A stretch of 64,000 nt of DNA, from positions 19,840,001-19,904,000 of the forward strand of contig JBITNC010000002.1 of assembly GCA_050084985.1 (NCBI GenBank). The letters are read 5' to 3'. Below, piece by piece: positions 51,500 through 64,000 of this stretch. The DNA is from Nageia nagi (Eukaryota; Plantae; Pinophyta). Numbering within the stretch: position 1 is the stretch's first letter; every line of letters begins with the position of its first letter. The translations under genes and the position numbers were made by a program. The notes beneath the pieces are model-generated. The model saw nothing but the letters and a program-made list of their open reading frames with translations. It was not told the origin of the DNA and searched no databases.

Positions 51500-53040
51500 A
51501 TAAATATGGTACCTACTTTAGTATTGAACAACATCCATGCCAAATTTGGCATCTTCATCAATTATGAGTAAATATTAACAAATTAACATCAAACTTCAAC
51601 ATTGTTATTTAGTATTGATGTTGATCCTTTATGGTTTAAAAAATTGACTATTCTCAAATAATGCAACCCATGAAATCTTACTTTCAAAATGACTTCAAAA
51701 AAGTAAGATGACTTTAGTTAATAACTTCTTAAGGAAACTGAAAATCTTTTTAAGAACAGCAACACAAAGACAAATCTCATGGAATGTAATAATTATAGGA
51801 TATATAAAAAATAAGGATGGTTTGGAGGCTATAAAGTTTTCAAAAAATCAAATTGATTGATTTCATATCATATTCAATAATCTTTGTAAGTTTTCTTCCT
51901 ACATACACTAGCACAACATCTTTGCAAGAGGATATAGACATCAAAAATAAGAAGTAATGTTCACTCATGTCATTATTATAAATATTCAGTCTATGTATTA
52001 TTTTAAAAAAATGTAACAAAGAGATATCATATCATGGAATACAATTATTAAAATATATGAATAGAATGAAATTCATGAGGCTCTAAATATTTTTTAGGAA
52101 ATCCAATGATGTGATATTGTACTACATGAATGAATTTGTATTTTCCAATGTTGTTTTACTATGTGTTAGCTTAGGATTCTTGGAAGAGCATGTTGACATC
52201 CATTGAAAATTAATAAATAATAGTTTTCATTGAGATGTTGACATATTGAATGCTTTGATAGACATGTGTGCTAAGTTTGGGAATATATAGAATGTCTGTG
52301 TACTATTTGATAAAATGCAACAAAGAGATGTCATCTCATGGATTGTAATGATTACAACATATGTACCAAAAGAATTTACATTTTTTAGATTTTTTTCTTT
52401 ATGTATCAACTCAACATACTTGAATAGTATTTTAAAATCTATCAAGAATTAATAAAAAATGGTTTTCTTTGTGATGTTATAGAGAATTATTTATTAGATA
52501 TGTATTTAATTTTGGTAATATGTATAAATCCCTTGTATAATTTGATAAAACAATAGACCAGAACATATTCTCATATAATGCAATGAGTACTAGATATGCA
52601 CATAATGGGTTTCTTAATGAAGAAGTAAAACTCTTTAAGAAAATACCTTAAAGAGATACAATCTCATGGAATGTAATTATCACAAGATATACACAAAATG
52701 GGCATGGCTTAGAGACTTGAATTATTTTTTTAAAATGATTAATTTTATACTAGATTCAATATCCATTACAAAGTATTATGGTTGTAGGTGTAACTTTTGT
52801 AGCTTTAAAATGGGGCATGGACATTCATGGATAAATAATTAGATGTAGGTTTCTTTTGAATATAATTGTGATAACAACCCTAATAAACATGTATGCAAAA
52901 TGTGAGAGCATTAAAAAGGTAAGGGTTTTCTTTGACAATATATTTTATGAATAAATGATTTCACTTACAACAATAATTGCAAGATATGCAAGGAATGGTT
53001 GTAAAAGGGAATCCACCAAATTATTTGGAGAAAGTTAATA
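51500..53040 (+). pseudogene. PLS-class pentatricopeptide repeat (PPR) pseudogene
   Basis: Repeated motifs SWNVIIIGY, QRDIISWNTII, NALIDMCAKFGNI*NVCVLFDKMQQRDVISWIVMI, DTISWNVIITRYTQNGHGLETL, TTLINMYAKCESIKKVRVFFD; many stops and frameshifts. Confidence 0.88.
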
Positions 53041-53734
53041 TAATCACTATGCCTACAAGCATTCATGGTTTTAACAACTTACTACAACTTATTATTCTTT
53101 GAGAAAACTCCCAATAATGTATATGCCACACATGAAGAAAGTAAACATAATCATTGTGCAAATAAGCATTTAAGGTTTTTACAACTTATCTTAAGCTTAA
53201 GTGAAAATCCTTTAGTATTTATTATTCTTCATAGTTCCTATTTAAATGATGTAGAATAATGTTATGATTATTTGTGTTGTACCTAAGTTTTTTGAACCAT
53301 TTTTTGTTCACACAGATTGGATACATAATATATGCTTATTGGATGGTAGTAATATTCAAACCCTTCAATCATACTACTGATTCCAAGTACCCTTTTAATG
53401 TATGCACTTATCTTAACCTACAATCCACCCATATGCCTACTATTATATAAATATACTATTATGTCTCTACATATTATAAGTAATGGTTTCCTAAATGTCT
53501 ATACAAATACAAATATGAAAGATGAATTAGGTATGGTAGTGGTAATGAATCATATGTAGCAATTTTTGCATATATTTTATCCTATTCCACACTCATGAAA
53601 GAATATTTGGCACATGATAGGAGATGGCACATCAGCAATAAGGGCATGATGATATGAGAAATCATGAGCTTGCATGTAAAATATGACTAAGCTCAATTCA
53701 CGAAGGCGACTAAAGCTCCTTTCATGAATCCTCT

Positions 53735-53908
53735 ATTTTTTTATGGTGATTTTTAAGGGCATTTTTAAACTTACCTCTTAAATTTATTGTGAAAGTTTTA
53801 AACCACCATAAAAAAACATCATCTATTAGAATCTATTAGGGTGGTTTAAAATCATCATAAAAATTGCATTATTTTAATCATCCTTAAAAGCCTTTTTTTG
53901 GTATAGTG
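53735..53908 (-). mobile_element. Second CACTA-like terminal fragment
   Basis: Ends in TATAGTG (CACTATA on the minus strand), with AAACCACC/GGTGGTTT subterminal repeats similar to 49450-49865. Confidence 0.42.
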
Positions 53909-56900
53909 AGTCAACGAGATAAAGAATAATAATAGCCTATAACTCTACAATTATTATTTAATTCATTATATAATTATTTTTATGAATTTTATAATCAAAG
54001 TAGTTAAGTTGGCCAAAAAGGTCAAAATAAAGAAAATAATAGCCTAGTTGACTAAACAAGGGCTCATTGGAGACTAGTGAGAAAAGATAGGTTTTCTTAC
54101 AATTAGATAAGATAATCTATTTTATGAATTGATTTATTTAAAGTTTATGTTATTTACATTTCCTTCACTATTTAAAGGACTTATCTAGTTGTAACTACTT
54201 AGTATTTTCTTTTTTATTGCATGTATTTCTTTTAGGTTCTATTTGAAAGAGGGTGGAAAAAGGGACTCTTTCTATGATTTTCTTCTTTCATTAGCATATA
54301 TTGTGAACATAATCTTATCAAATGCATACCCCATATTGATAAGATATAAATAACACATCAATGTTCTTGAATGATCAAGGCTACACATGGTGCATGAGGT
54401 GTCATATTTTATGCTAGAAACCCCATCAAAGGTTAATGATGATATGTTCACATGCCTAAACATATGGGAATATGAAATATGATATAATTTATTCTATACC
54501 ATAAGAAAAATCTCACAAATTATGAGGAGCATCCAAATCCTATATATGATATCCAAATGAACAAGGGTTCAATAAGTAGTCTTATAATTGATTAATTATG
54601 CAAGATTATGAAAGAATCAAATAGCATGTTAGCATAAAGAAATATTATAGGGAATAAAATATACAATATAAAATAAGAAATAATGTGTAATATTTTGGTG
54701 GGTAATTATTCCATGTACACATAATACTAGTTTAATAGAATGATGCCAAAATGAAGATAAGTGAATCATAGGTTTTTTCTTTAAAGATGTATAACATCAT
54801 TCCCAAGGATGATCAGTCCAAATGATTTAATATCGATAGTTTGATAATTAGTATTATAGCATACTCTCAATTGTTAGATAATATATAATAAATTAATTTA
54901 CATATAAATAATGAAATAGCACGAGTTAATAACATAGTGACAATGATTAGAAATTGTAAACTATGTCTAGCTTAATATCAAACACCCTCCCATATGTTAG
55001 ACTTAGGGGATCTTAACAATATGATGATTGAGTTCCATTTGAAGAAGAAGCCATTATGAAGATATAACCACTCCAACATCATCCCTTGATGGCATAATCA
55101 CCATGTCTTCTTATTCAAATGGAGACATGATTTACATGTTTCTACATAAGGCATTATGTTACAATATTTTTGACTATCATGTTATGGTGTGTTAGTTCCA
55201 TTATAATGGGATGAGTCCAATAGTATTAAAGGATAAAACTAATATATGTATCATTTATACTTAATTATTTGATTAAAGGGGTTTTCTCTTATAATTTCAA
55301 ATGCATTGAGTAGAAATCTAAAAATAAATTATGCTTTATAATCTTATAAAAGAAACATAGTCATTTCATGTCATAGAAATCTCTTACTCAAGTTATCTTA
55401 CACAACAAAAACATAATCTTGGTCATTATCATTACACATCAACCTTCTCTTTGGCATATTGACATCTTGCATTCTTGGCACTTTTACATCATTGATATCA
55501 CACATTTAAAATCAATCTTAGTTATTTGCATGTAAGACCTTACATCTTTATAAAAACTTATTATTTACCAAATCTTATCTAATTAAAAGCTTCAACTACA
55601 CATTGTGAGATAACCCATTCTTAAATCAACATCAATATCCTATTTATTTCATCTTTCAAATATTTAAGAAAAAATTCCAAATATATTTCTCTACACTTTT
55701 ATTAAAGAAAATTTAAATAAATAATTAACTATTCCAAAAAATATATAACCTATCATCAACAATTACACAAATCAAAAATACCATAATCTCATGTTAAATA
55801 TCCCATTACACTATAACATCATCTTCTTCTTAATGGAAATTGTCTAATATATATACCCTTGTACAATTTCAACCAAAGTATATCATGAATAGACTAACAT
55901 AGTAACCTAATCTTCGGAGTAGGCTAGTTCCTTATCTATTGGGTGTGGATGAAAAGATCAAGTAACAAGAAAGAAACAAAAGAGGGTAGAGTGTGAGAAA
56001 TAAAGCAAGAAGGATAGAGAGCAAGAGTAAAGCAAGGGGCAGATCACTAGTTCAGTGTAGACTTTCACATAATGTGAAACCTTGGCAAGAATCTAGTGTA
56101 GCAACCATAGTGTAAGCTTTCATTCTCTAAATTATTCTTTAGCTTAACTCTACCATATTAGTAGACATAGTTATACCAACAACTCATTGTTATCATTCAA
56201 AAAATATCCACTACTTGCCACAATATAACTAGATTAAGAATAATAATGCCAAGTGTTGGACAAGAAAGGTCAAGATGGCATTGTATTACTGATAGAACAA
56301 AAGATCATCGAAAATAAATGCAAAGGGAAATACTAGGGATGTCAACCCATTTTTTCTCTATCTTCAACTAAATTTATACTAGGCTAGAGTGGTTATAGAA
56401 TTAATAAAATAAAATAGTTACAAAATGGCCTAGAGATTCTAGCCTTCTTTTAATAAATAGCTAACTATCTCTGCCACATGGCATTTTATTTCTAAAAATT
56501 GAAAGATCAAGAATTGTAACTACCTCTAAATTGCAATGAGCATGTTTCTTGAGTGATATTTGAACCTGTATTACATTTACAAAAGATTCTCTAATTGATT
56601 ATGATGATTCCAAAGATTTTCCATCTTCTAGTGATTATTCCAAAGCCTTCTCAATTTTTAGCTCACATTTTAGAGTCTTTTGGTGAAGCCTTGCTTGGGC
56701 AGAGATTTCTTTTGTTACATCTGACATCATTAATCTTTGCACTCCAATCTTGAAGGCTTTTATTTTTATTGACGTCACTTTCTTCTTGCACCTTTGTAAG
56801 GTAAAGTAAGTAACTCTAGGAGATCTTAGTTTTGCTTGTGACATCATCCTCCTCTAGGTCTGTTCTTTTAGCCAAAGTGGGTTTCACTTTACTTTGATAA

Positions 56901-57249
56901 TGTCACCTTCTTTCATGCTTTGGAACACCTAACTCAACTACCATGGAACTTTTAGCATTACTTGCTAACGTCACTACTCTTGGAGTTCAATTTTAGATGA
57001 AAATAATACTCACCTATACTCTACTGACATCATACCCAAAGATTGCTATAATTAGTGCATTTTCTCCTCAAAATTATTCAAAAGTTTCCTAAAACACACT
57101 TCTTTAGACAAATAAGAACAATACACATCAGGAATCCACTAGGGTGTTAAGCTATGTATGCATATACATTTGGTGATATTTACAAGAAACTTTTGCCTTT
57201 TTATACAAAAAATTTTGAATCTAGCACAAAACTTTAAAAAGGGAGAGGG

Positions 57250-60200
57250 ATTAAGCTTCAATTCTGTGAATTTAGGAACTAGTAAACCTTTCCCCATTTC
57301 ATATGCATTTTAGAGAAATCTTTTAACCTTGAATGAGCTAAGGCTATAGTGTTCAAAATTTCATAGGACACTTGCCCATGTTTTTGCAACAATTGCTATA
57401 AACTAACCCCAACCTTTGCCAAAAAATAAAAGAGTTTTAACAAATTCACCTAATCAAAAGAAGATAGCAATGCTTCCACATCATCAATTTGTTTGCTAAT
57501 TTTCTAAATATTTTCTAAAAATTCTAATTCCAAAATTGGTGAATCATCAATCTTCCACAATTTTGGGACCCCAATGTGGTTAATTTTTGCAACTCTATCT
57601 TCAGAGTCTCTATTCCTTACAATTGGTTCAACACATTATTTTTGATCTCTTAACAAACCCACTTTCCCTGCACTAAGTAATTGATTGCTGCCATAAGTTC
57701 AACTTGATATCTAATATTTAGGGCCTATAAACTTTCATTTGAAATTTCATTTAGTTTATTATTTACTTTCTTAGCCTCCTCTAATATAGGATAGAGGATA
57801 CTCTCGCTTCTACTAACATCTACCTAAAGCCCTTTTAATTCCAACAAACACATTTCAACATGATCCTTGAGATGAACCAATTCCTTGATTTCTTGGGACC
57901 TCTATTCCCAAAATTTCTCTTTTATGACTAACAAGAAACCCTTATCCACTTTGTACTTATTCATGCTTTGTTGTAATTGAGCTACGTTGGCATTCAGACT
58001 ATCAATGATTGAGTCTCTTGATGCAATTTCTATTGTTCTTATGGTTATTTTTGCATATTTTTTAGCAATAGTGGCATCATTTTTGCTCATGCTATTGATA
58101 GTAGGAGTGGTAGCTAAACTTGCCCTTAAATAGCTATATTGTTATCGACAGCTTTCAACTTGACATTTTGGGAAACCAACTACTTCTTCATCGCTTCATG
58201 GGCCTTATGAATCTTGTTATACTTGACCTCTAATTTGGTCAACTTTGATATATTTAGTTCCATAGCTATTTGTAACATCTCATTCTTATCACTCTGGGAA
58301 TGCTTTTCATATCTATCTTCACCTAGGTGTTCATGGAGGTTAAATCACTCTACCCTTCCTAGAGATTCTAGGCTATAGCCATCTCTAGCACTTTATTTTT
58401 TGAATCCATAGAAGTTTAGAGCGTTACCAAATTATTCTATGTTGGAATTTTCTTCAATTGCTTCTACATCCATTCTTCTTGGTTACTCTTCATTTGTTGG
58501 TACTATTGCATAATCCCATCAACAAACACCTTCTACCCAGATATGGTAATGAATGGAGAATCGACACTCAAATCTTGGGAAGGGGAGGCCACAACTTATT
58601 TTGCTAATGTTGTAGGATTGGCCTAGCTAGAGGTTGGACCACTGCTACTGATGGGATTTACTATGGAAAATACTAGGATTGGTGGTGGTGGTGATGGTGG
58701 GGGCAATGATGGTATAGTGATGACATCAGTGAGAGGAGCAACAAGGGAAATTGATGTGGAAGGGGTAGGATTATGCCATTGGAAAGGTAGCAATAACATC
58801 AAAATCGATTGTGTGGTGGGTGTAAGAGAGGTCATCACAACTATAGAAAGGGGGGCTTGAGTGGAAATGGGTGAAACAACTTGAATAGAAATTGGTATGA
58901 TAGGGTTTATTGCAAAGATATCAAAAAGAGAAGTAGAAAGAAGAGAAATAGAAAGTATGCCTATTGGAATGAGGGTCTTCTTTTTCTTCTTAGGTGAAAG
59001 GAGGGTCTTCTTTTTCTTCTTAGGTGAAAGGAGGGCCTTCTGAGCTTTCCTCTTTTCCATATACACTTCTCACCCTTTTGATGTCCCTTGTATGACTTCA
59101 AAGGTAGCTTCTTTAACCTCTTCTTTAGGTTACTCCTCTTAGCTAATTCCTTAAGCTTCTGGCTGATCTTGTTCTTCTTCTTCATCATCACTTCTAGGAT
59201 ACTCTTCAATAGGGACATATAAAGGGTGTTCCATCTTCCACATATCTTTGAACACATCATCAAGGTCAAACTTAAGGGGTGTGAATTTATTCCTCTATTC
59301 AATTTGGTATTGGTTAAATGCAATAATTTTCTCTTTGCTCCACTTAAGCCTTCTCAACGTAGCTAAAGATTTTTGGGAATTGAATCGATCCTTGGATTAA
59401 AAAATACATTCTTCTCATAGAAACTCATCCATGGTGGTAACAAATCTTTAACAATCAAATACATGGGCATTATTTTATCCTTCACTTCTAGATTTATCCA
59501 CTGGTTTAGCTCTGGTTTAGCTTCTAGTTTAAAGTTGGGAGGGTTGGGCTGATTTTTCAATCTTTTGCCAAACACATCTTTTGGATCATATAGTTGATAT
59601 TGATTAATCCTTTTAAACTTCAACCTAAGCAACTTCTTCTTTAGTTGGTATCTTCTTCCTCTACTTTGGAGTACCAAGTCATGCACCTTATGAGGTAGAG
59701 CATAGACTAGTCTCTTCTTAGCTACAACTCCATATTTTGCATCTACATAATCAATTTGCCTTCCATACTCTATATTGAAGATCTAGTCAATGACATATAT
59801 AGGTAACAAGAAAGGGGAACTTGTAAAACCATAAATTCTAATGAATGTTCCTTCCTTAGGTAAGAACCAATCTCTAATCTCACCATGAGGCATTCGAAGA
59901 TACAATTTTGACACATTCGACAACCTTGGAATTTTGGGAGCAAATAGACTCATGGTCAGAACTAAAAAGTTTTCCACAAAGCTATAGTAATCTATCAATG
60001 ACCTTACTTCTTCATCCCATTTATCCACAAACCTGAGGGAACCATCTTCTTCATGCTTAATTAAGGTCAATTTTTTGAAGAATTTCAAATTTTAATGAAT
60101 TACCAACCAAATAATATATGATTCACATGCAAAGTGAGACCCTTGATCAATTTTTTCCAATTGTTTTGAAATCCTATTTGAAATAGTAACATCCCAATCA

Positions 60201-60790
60201 TAAATGGTGGGAGTATTCAGGTGAGAGATATAGTAGGATATGGCAAGCTTTGTCAATGAGATATATTTATCTAACTTTTCCCTTGCTGCTACTGACAACA
60301 TTGATAACAATAATTGCAAGTGCAAGGAGAAACTAGATAACAACACTTTAGAATTTGAACCTCTAATAAATTCACAACATCATCCACATTCCTATTGAGC
60401 CAAGATAGGATGTTCATCCTTATATTTGAGCTTGGTCTTATGTTCTAATTTATCAAGATAGGGGGAGAGAATGGGGTAGATGGATTAAAAATGCTAGCTA
60501 AAGACATTGGGTCTAGGCTAAGAACCACCTTCCCCTCTAATTTTCTTACAACCCTCATTGTAGGATCAAATGCCCCTTTGATTAGCTCTATCAAATTTGG
60601 TATTGGGAAACATCTATGGGGAATAAAATACATAAGCCCTAACCCCATTGGTGTGTGAGCAATATGATTAAATCTAAAAATAGAACACTTACCTTCTACG
60701 GTGCCCTTTAGATTCTTATTTTGAGCTATTATCTCTATGTCCTATAGTAATTCCATTGAATCCACAACCCTTTTAACCACCCTTCCTAGA
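57250..60790 (-). pseudogene. 3' extra ORF of the Gypsy element (~1100 codons, fragmented), unknown function
   Basis: Successive minus-strand ORF pieces 60445-60648, 60092-60346, 59783-60088, 59363-59686, 58623-59066 and 57902-58090. Globular N-terminal part, Lys-rich repeat, Pro/Ser/Thr linker, coiled-coil-like end. Confidence 0.72.
58971..59040. repeat. 30-bp tandem repeat encoding LLSPKKKKKT
   Basis: GAGGGTCTTCTTTTTCTTCTTAGGTGAAAG x2.3. Confidence 0.9.
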
Positions 60791-61198
60791 GTTGGCACCA
60801 TATTCTTTCTAAATTATGTTGTGCTTCTAAGTATACCATGCTTCAATTTAATAATTTTGAATGATGCCCTGCATTTCTTGGCTCTATTGAAGACTGGAAA
60901 CTCAAACAACTGCTACTCTTCAAAAGTTTTGGAATTTGTATGTTTTGAAATGCACTACCTTTGCTTCTTTTATTCTTAAATTCCCATGCATCACATTTAT
61001 TTTTTTAATCATGTGACATAACTATCATGTTGTTTGCATTAATAACCAATTTGATGATTCCAAGCTTTTCTTGGGAACTTCGATTCCAACAGTGCTAAAA
61101 ATGCATCAAGTAATTAATATTTCCATTGAAAAGAAATGTACTCTTACTTGAAAATTAAATTCAAACATATCATATTTACAAAGGTAGTAAATTTTCTT

Positions 61199-64000
61199 TT
61201 AAAAGTATTCTCTCACCCATGCGGACTTGTAATGTTTCAAATGTTGCCCATTTACTAAAATTGGCAGCTTCCACCTATTTAATTTGGCTATTTCAAAAGT
61301 GTTTCTTCCAATGCACTTGGCTATGATGTATGGTCCTAACCATAAAGACTCAAACTTCTTATGCTTTTCGAGTTTAGCTCTATCTTTGTCCCATTTTAAA
61401 ACAAGATCTCCTCTTTACAATTTCATTTCTCTTTTGTAAATCTAGATACAACTTATTTAAGGATTCTTCTAGATGTAATAGTTCATTCATCTGTACTTGA
61501 AGTGATTTAGATCCTTCACCATATTCTTGAAGTATTATCAAAGCAAGAAGCTCTATATGACTTGGTAGCAAAACCCTTTTCCCATATACCAATGCATATG
61601 GACTAATCTTAATAACTGAATTTATAGTGATTCTATTTGCCAATAATGCCCAATTTAGCTTCTCATGTCAGGTTTGAGAATTATCCTTAATAAATTCTTA
61701 TTTGTTGATTTAGATAGCCCATTACGTTGTGGATAGTGATTTGAGCAAGTCTTCCACTAGATCCTATATCTCATAGCAAAATTAGTAATATCTATCCCTA
61801 CAAATGCCAAGCCATTATCAAAAAATGATTGTTTGAGGAATTCCATACCTAGTAATCAATTTTTCAGTGAATTTTAGAATAGTTTTCTAATTTTTCTCTT
61901 TCATGGCTTTCACTTTGGCCCATCTGGTGAAATAATCGATGGCGGTAAAAATGAATTTATGTTTGATTAAAGAATTTGGACTAATAATTCAATAAAGTCT
62001 AATCCCTACTATTAAAAAGGTTCTTCCATCTGAATTGATTCTAATGGTAAAGCCACCTTTTTCTTTCTACCTACAAACCTTTGACATTTCTCACAACTTT
62101 GAACCTTCGTGAAAGCATCTTTGAACATAGTGGGCCAATAATAACCCGTTTGAATTATTTTACCCACCATTGTATAACTAGAATAATGACCTATGGATAC
62201 CCCAAAATGAAATTCTTTAATCAATTTTGCTATCTTGGATAAAGGTATACACATCAGTAATACTCCATCATGATTTCTTCTATAAAGCACTTGGTCAATT
62301 TTTGAATAATTTTGGGCATGAATTTTAAATCTTCTCCTTTGTGATATGTTCAAATGTGTAGGGAGTTTACCAAATTCAAAATACCTATTTAATTGGTCCA
62401 TCCATTCATTTTCTTCCATACATAGTTCCTCATCCAAAATTACTTATTCAATGAAATACACACTATCTTTTCTTTCTTTGATGTCTCTAGTTAATTACTC
62501 ACAAAGGGCCTTTCCCCTTATGGTTTAGTAGTTTTGATTTCCACATCATATCTTAAAATTTTAAAAATCAATCTATGTCTTCCTTCCCCAATTTCTCCTT
62601 GCATTATATAAGATCTAACATCTGGATGTAAAGTTAAGACTAGGACTCTGCTCTGACCTATGTAATATTTCAACTTTTCCAAAGACTTTAGTATTACTAG
62701 GACCTATTTTTCCATAAAAGTGTACTTCTCTTCACATTTATTCATAGTTTGACTAAAAAAGGAAATATGATATTCTTCATTATTTTCAAATTTATATGTT
62801 AGGATAGCTCCAATGCTTGAATTAGAGCCATTCTCATTTACAAAATGAATTCTTTGCTGAAATCTAGGTTCCTTAAGATAGGTGCTCTAGTTATTGCAAA
62901 CTTGATTCTTTGAAATGCTTCTTTTCCTTCTTCATTCCATTCGAACATAGCATTTTTTTAACATGAGGTTCATAAGCCTAACAATTCTTGAAAAATTTTG
63001 AATGAATTTTCTTTCAAAGTTAATCTATCCTAGAAAAGATTGTAAGTCCTTTTTGTTTGAAGGAAGAGATAATTTATTTATTGCTTCTACCCTATCCAGA
63101 TCAATAGCCCAACCTTATTTTGAAATAACATGTCCAAGAAGCTTTCCCTCATCTACTACAAAAATAGACTTTTTTAGATTTAAGAAAATTCCATACCTTC
63201 TTCATTTGATAAAAGCTTGCTCCAGATGCTATACATGGGAACTCCTATCATGAGATAAAATAGTGATATCATCCAAGTATACTAGTACACTTTTATTTAC
63301 TATTTCTCCAAAAGCATAATCCATAGCCTTTTGGAATTTTTCTCCTACATTTGATAATCTGAAAGGCATTCCTTGGAAAGCAAATGATCCCCATTTGGTT
63401 GTAAAAGTCATTTTGAACTGATCTTCATTTTTTACCCAAACTTGATTATACCTTGAAAAACCATCTAATAATGAGAATCTTTCCACTTTGACCATAGTAT
63501 TTAATATTTGTTCCATAGGTGGTAGAGGATAATTATCTTTTAATGAAATTCTATTTAAACCTCTGAAATCCACACACAATTGAACCTCTCCATTTTTCTT
63601 TCTAACTAGGACTAAATTTGACACCCATATAGAAAGTTTAGTAGGATATATGATACTAGCTTTATACAGTTTCAAAACTTCTTATTTTATCACCACTTCA
63701 ATATTGGGGTTTACTGGCCTTTGCTTCTGTCTGATTAGCTTGGCATCTTCAATCAATTCTATCATATGTTGAATTATAGATTTATCAAAAATCTTTAGAT
63801 CATCATACGACCAAGCAATTATATCAATAAAACTCTACACAACTGAATAATCTCTTTGATTTGATTGGGGTTGTTACATATGCCAATTTAAAAAAACAAT
63901 GGGAAGAATTTCGTACTCCTTATGATTATCAAGGTTTATAATTATACCCTTTCTTCTTACCTGATCATTTTTATTAAACAATGCTTTGAATGGAATTAGA
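61199..64000 (-). pseudogene. Gypsy pol (RT-RH-INT), decayed
   Basis: RT WVSNLVLVRKKNGEVQLCVDFRGLN...LDGFSRYNQV...VYLDD; INT zinc finger EFHFG..GHYS...GYYWPTMFKDA..CEKCQRF. Confidence 0.93.

Larger units (their letters stand above)
55860..64000 (-). mobile_element. Second TatII-like Gypsy retrotransposon (5' part outside the window) with a long 3' extra ORF; putative 3' LTR ~55860-57029
   Basis: RT, RH and INT closely parallel the 30630-37860 element, with no aRH between RH and INT. LTR limits are tentative. Confidence 0.75.

Overview
AT-rich eukaryotic nuclear DNA from a plant, most likely a gymnosperm. The evidence is TatII-type Gypsy elements with an extra RNase H between protease and RT, very old diverged LTR pairs, and heavy C>T/G>A decay of repeats; the low GC would fit a gnetophyte such as Welwitschia, but that is only inference. 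One intact host gene is visible: a 3-exon R2R3-MYB (42635-44075, 411 aa) in a CpG-retaining island. The rest is decayed nested transposons: a Ty1/copia element with Sirevirus-like cis signals (1-9808) carrying two nested insertions, an L1 LINE 3' remnant, a Gypsy gag split by a DNA transposon, two TatII-like Gypsy elements sharing a large 3' extra ORF, solo LTRs, CACTA-like ends and a PLS-class PPR pseudogene. The standout is a 10.8 kb Sola2-like DNA transposon (15759-26593; ~33 bp TIRs, 4-bp TSD TATT, intron-containing DDD transposase). It also carries three decayed non-transposase ORFs and telomere-motif (telobox) arrays, and has a 1 kb non-autonomous derivative (38784-39779, TSD TTTT) 2.9 kb upstream of the MYB gene. 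All assignments are by eye; no database searches were run.
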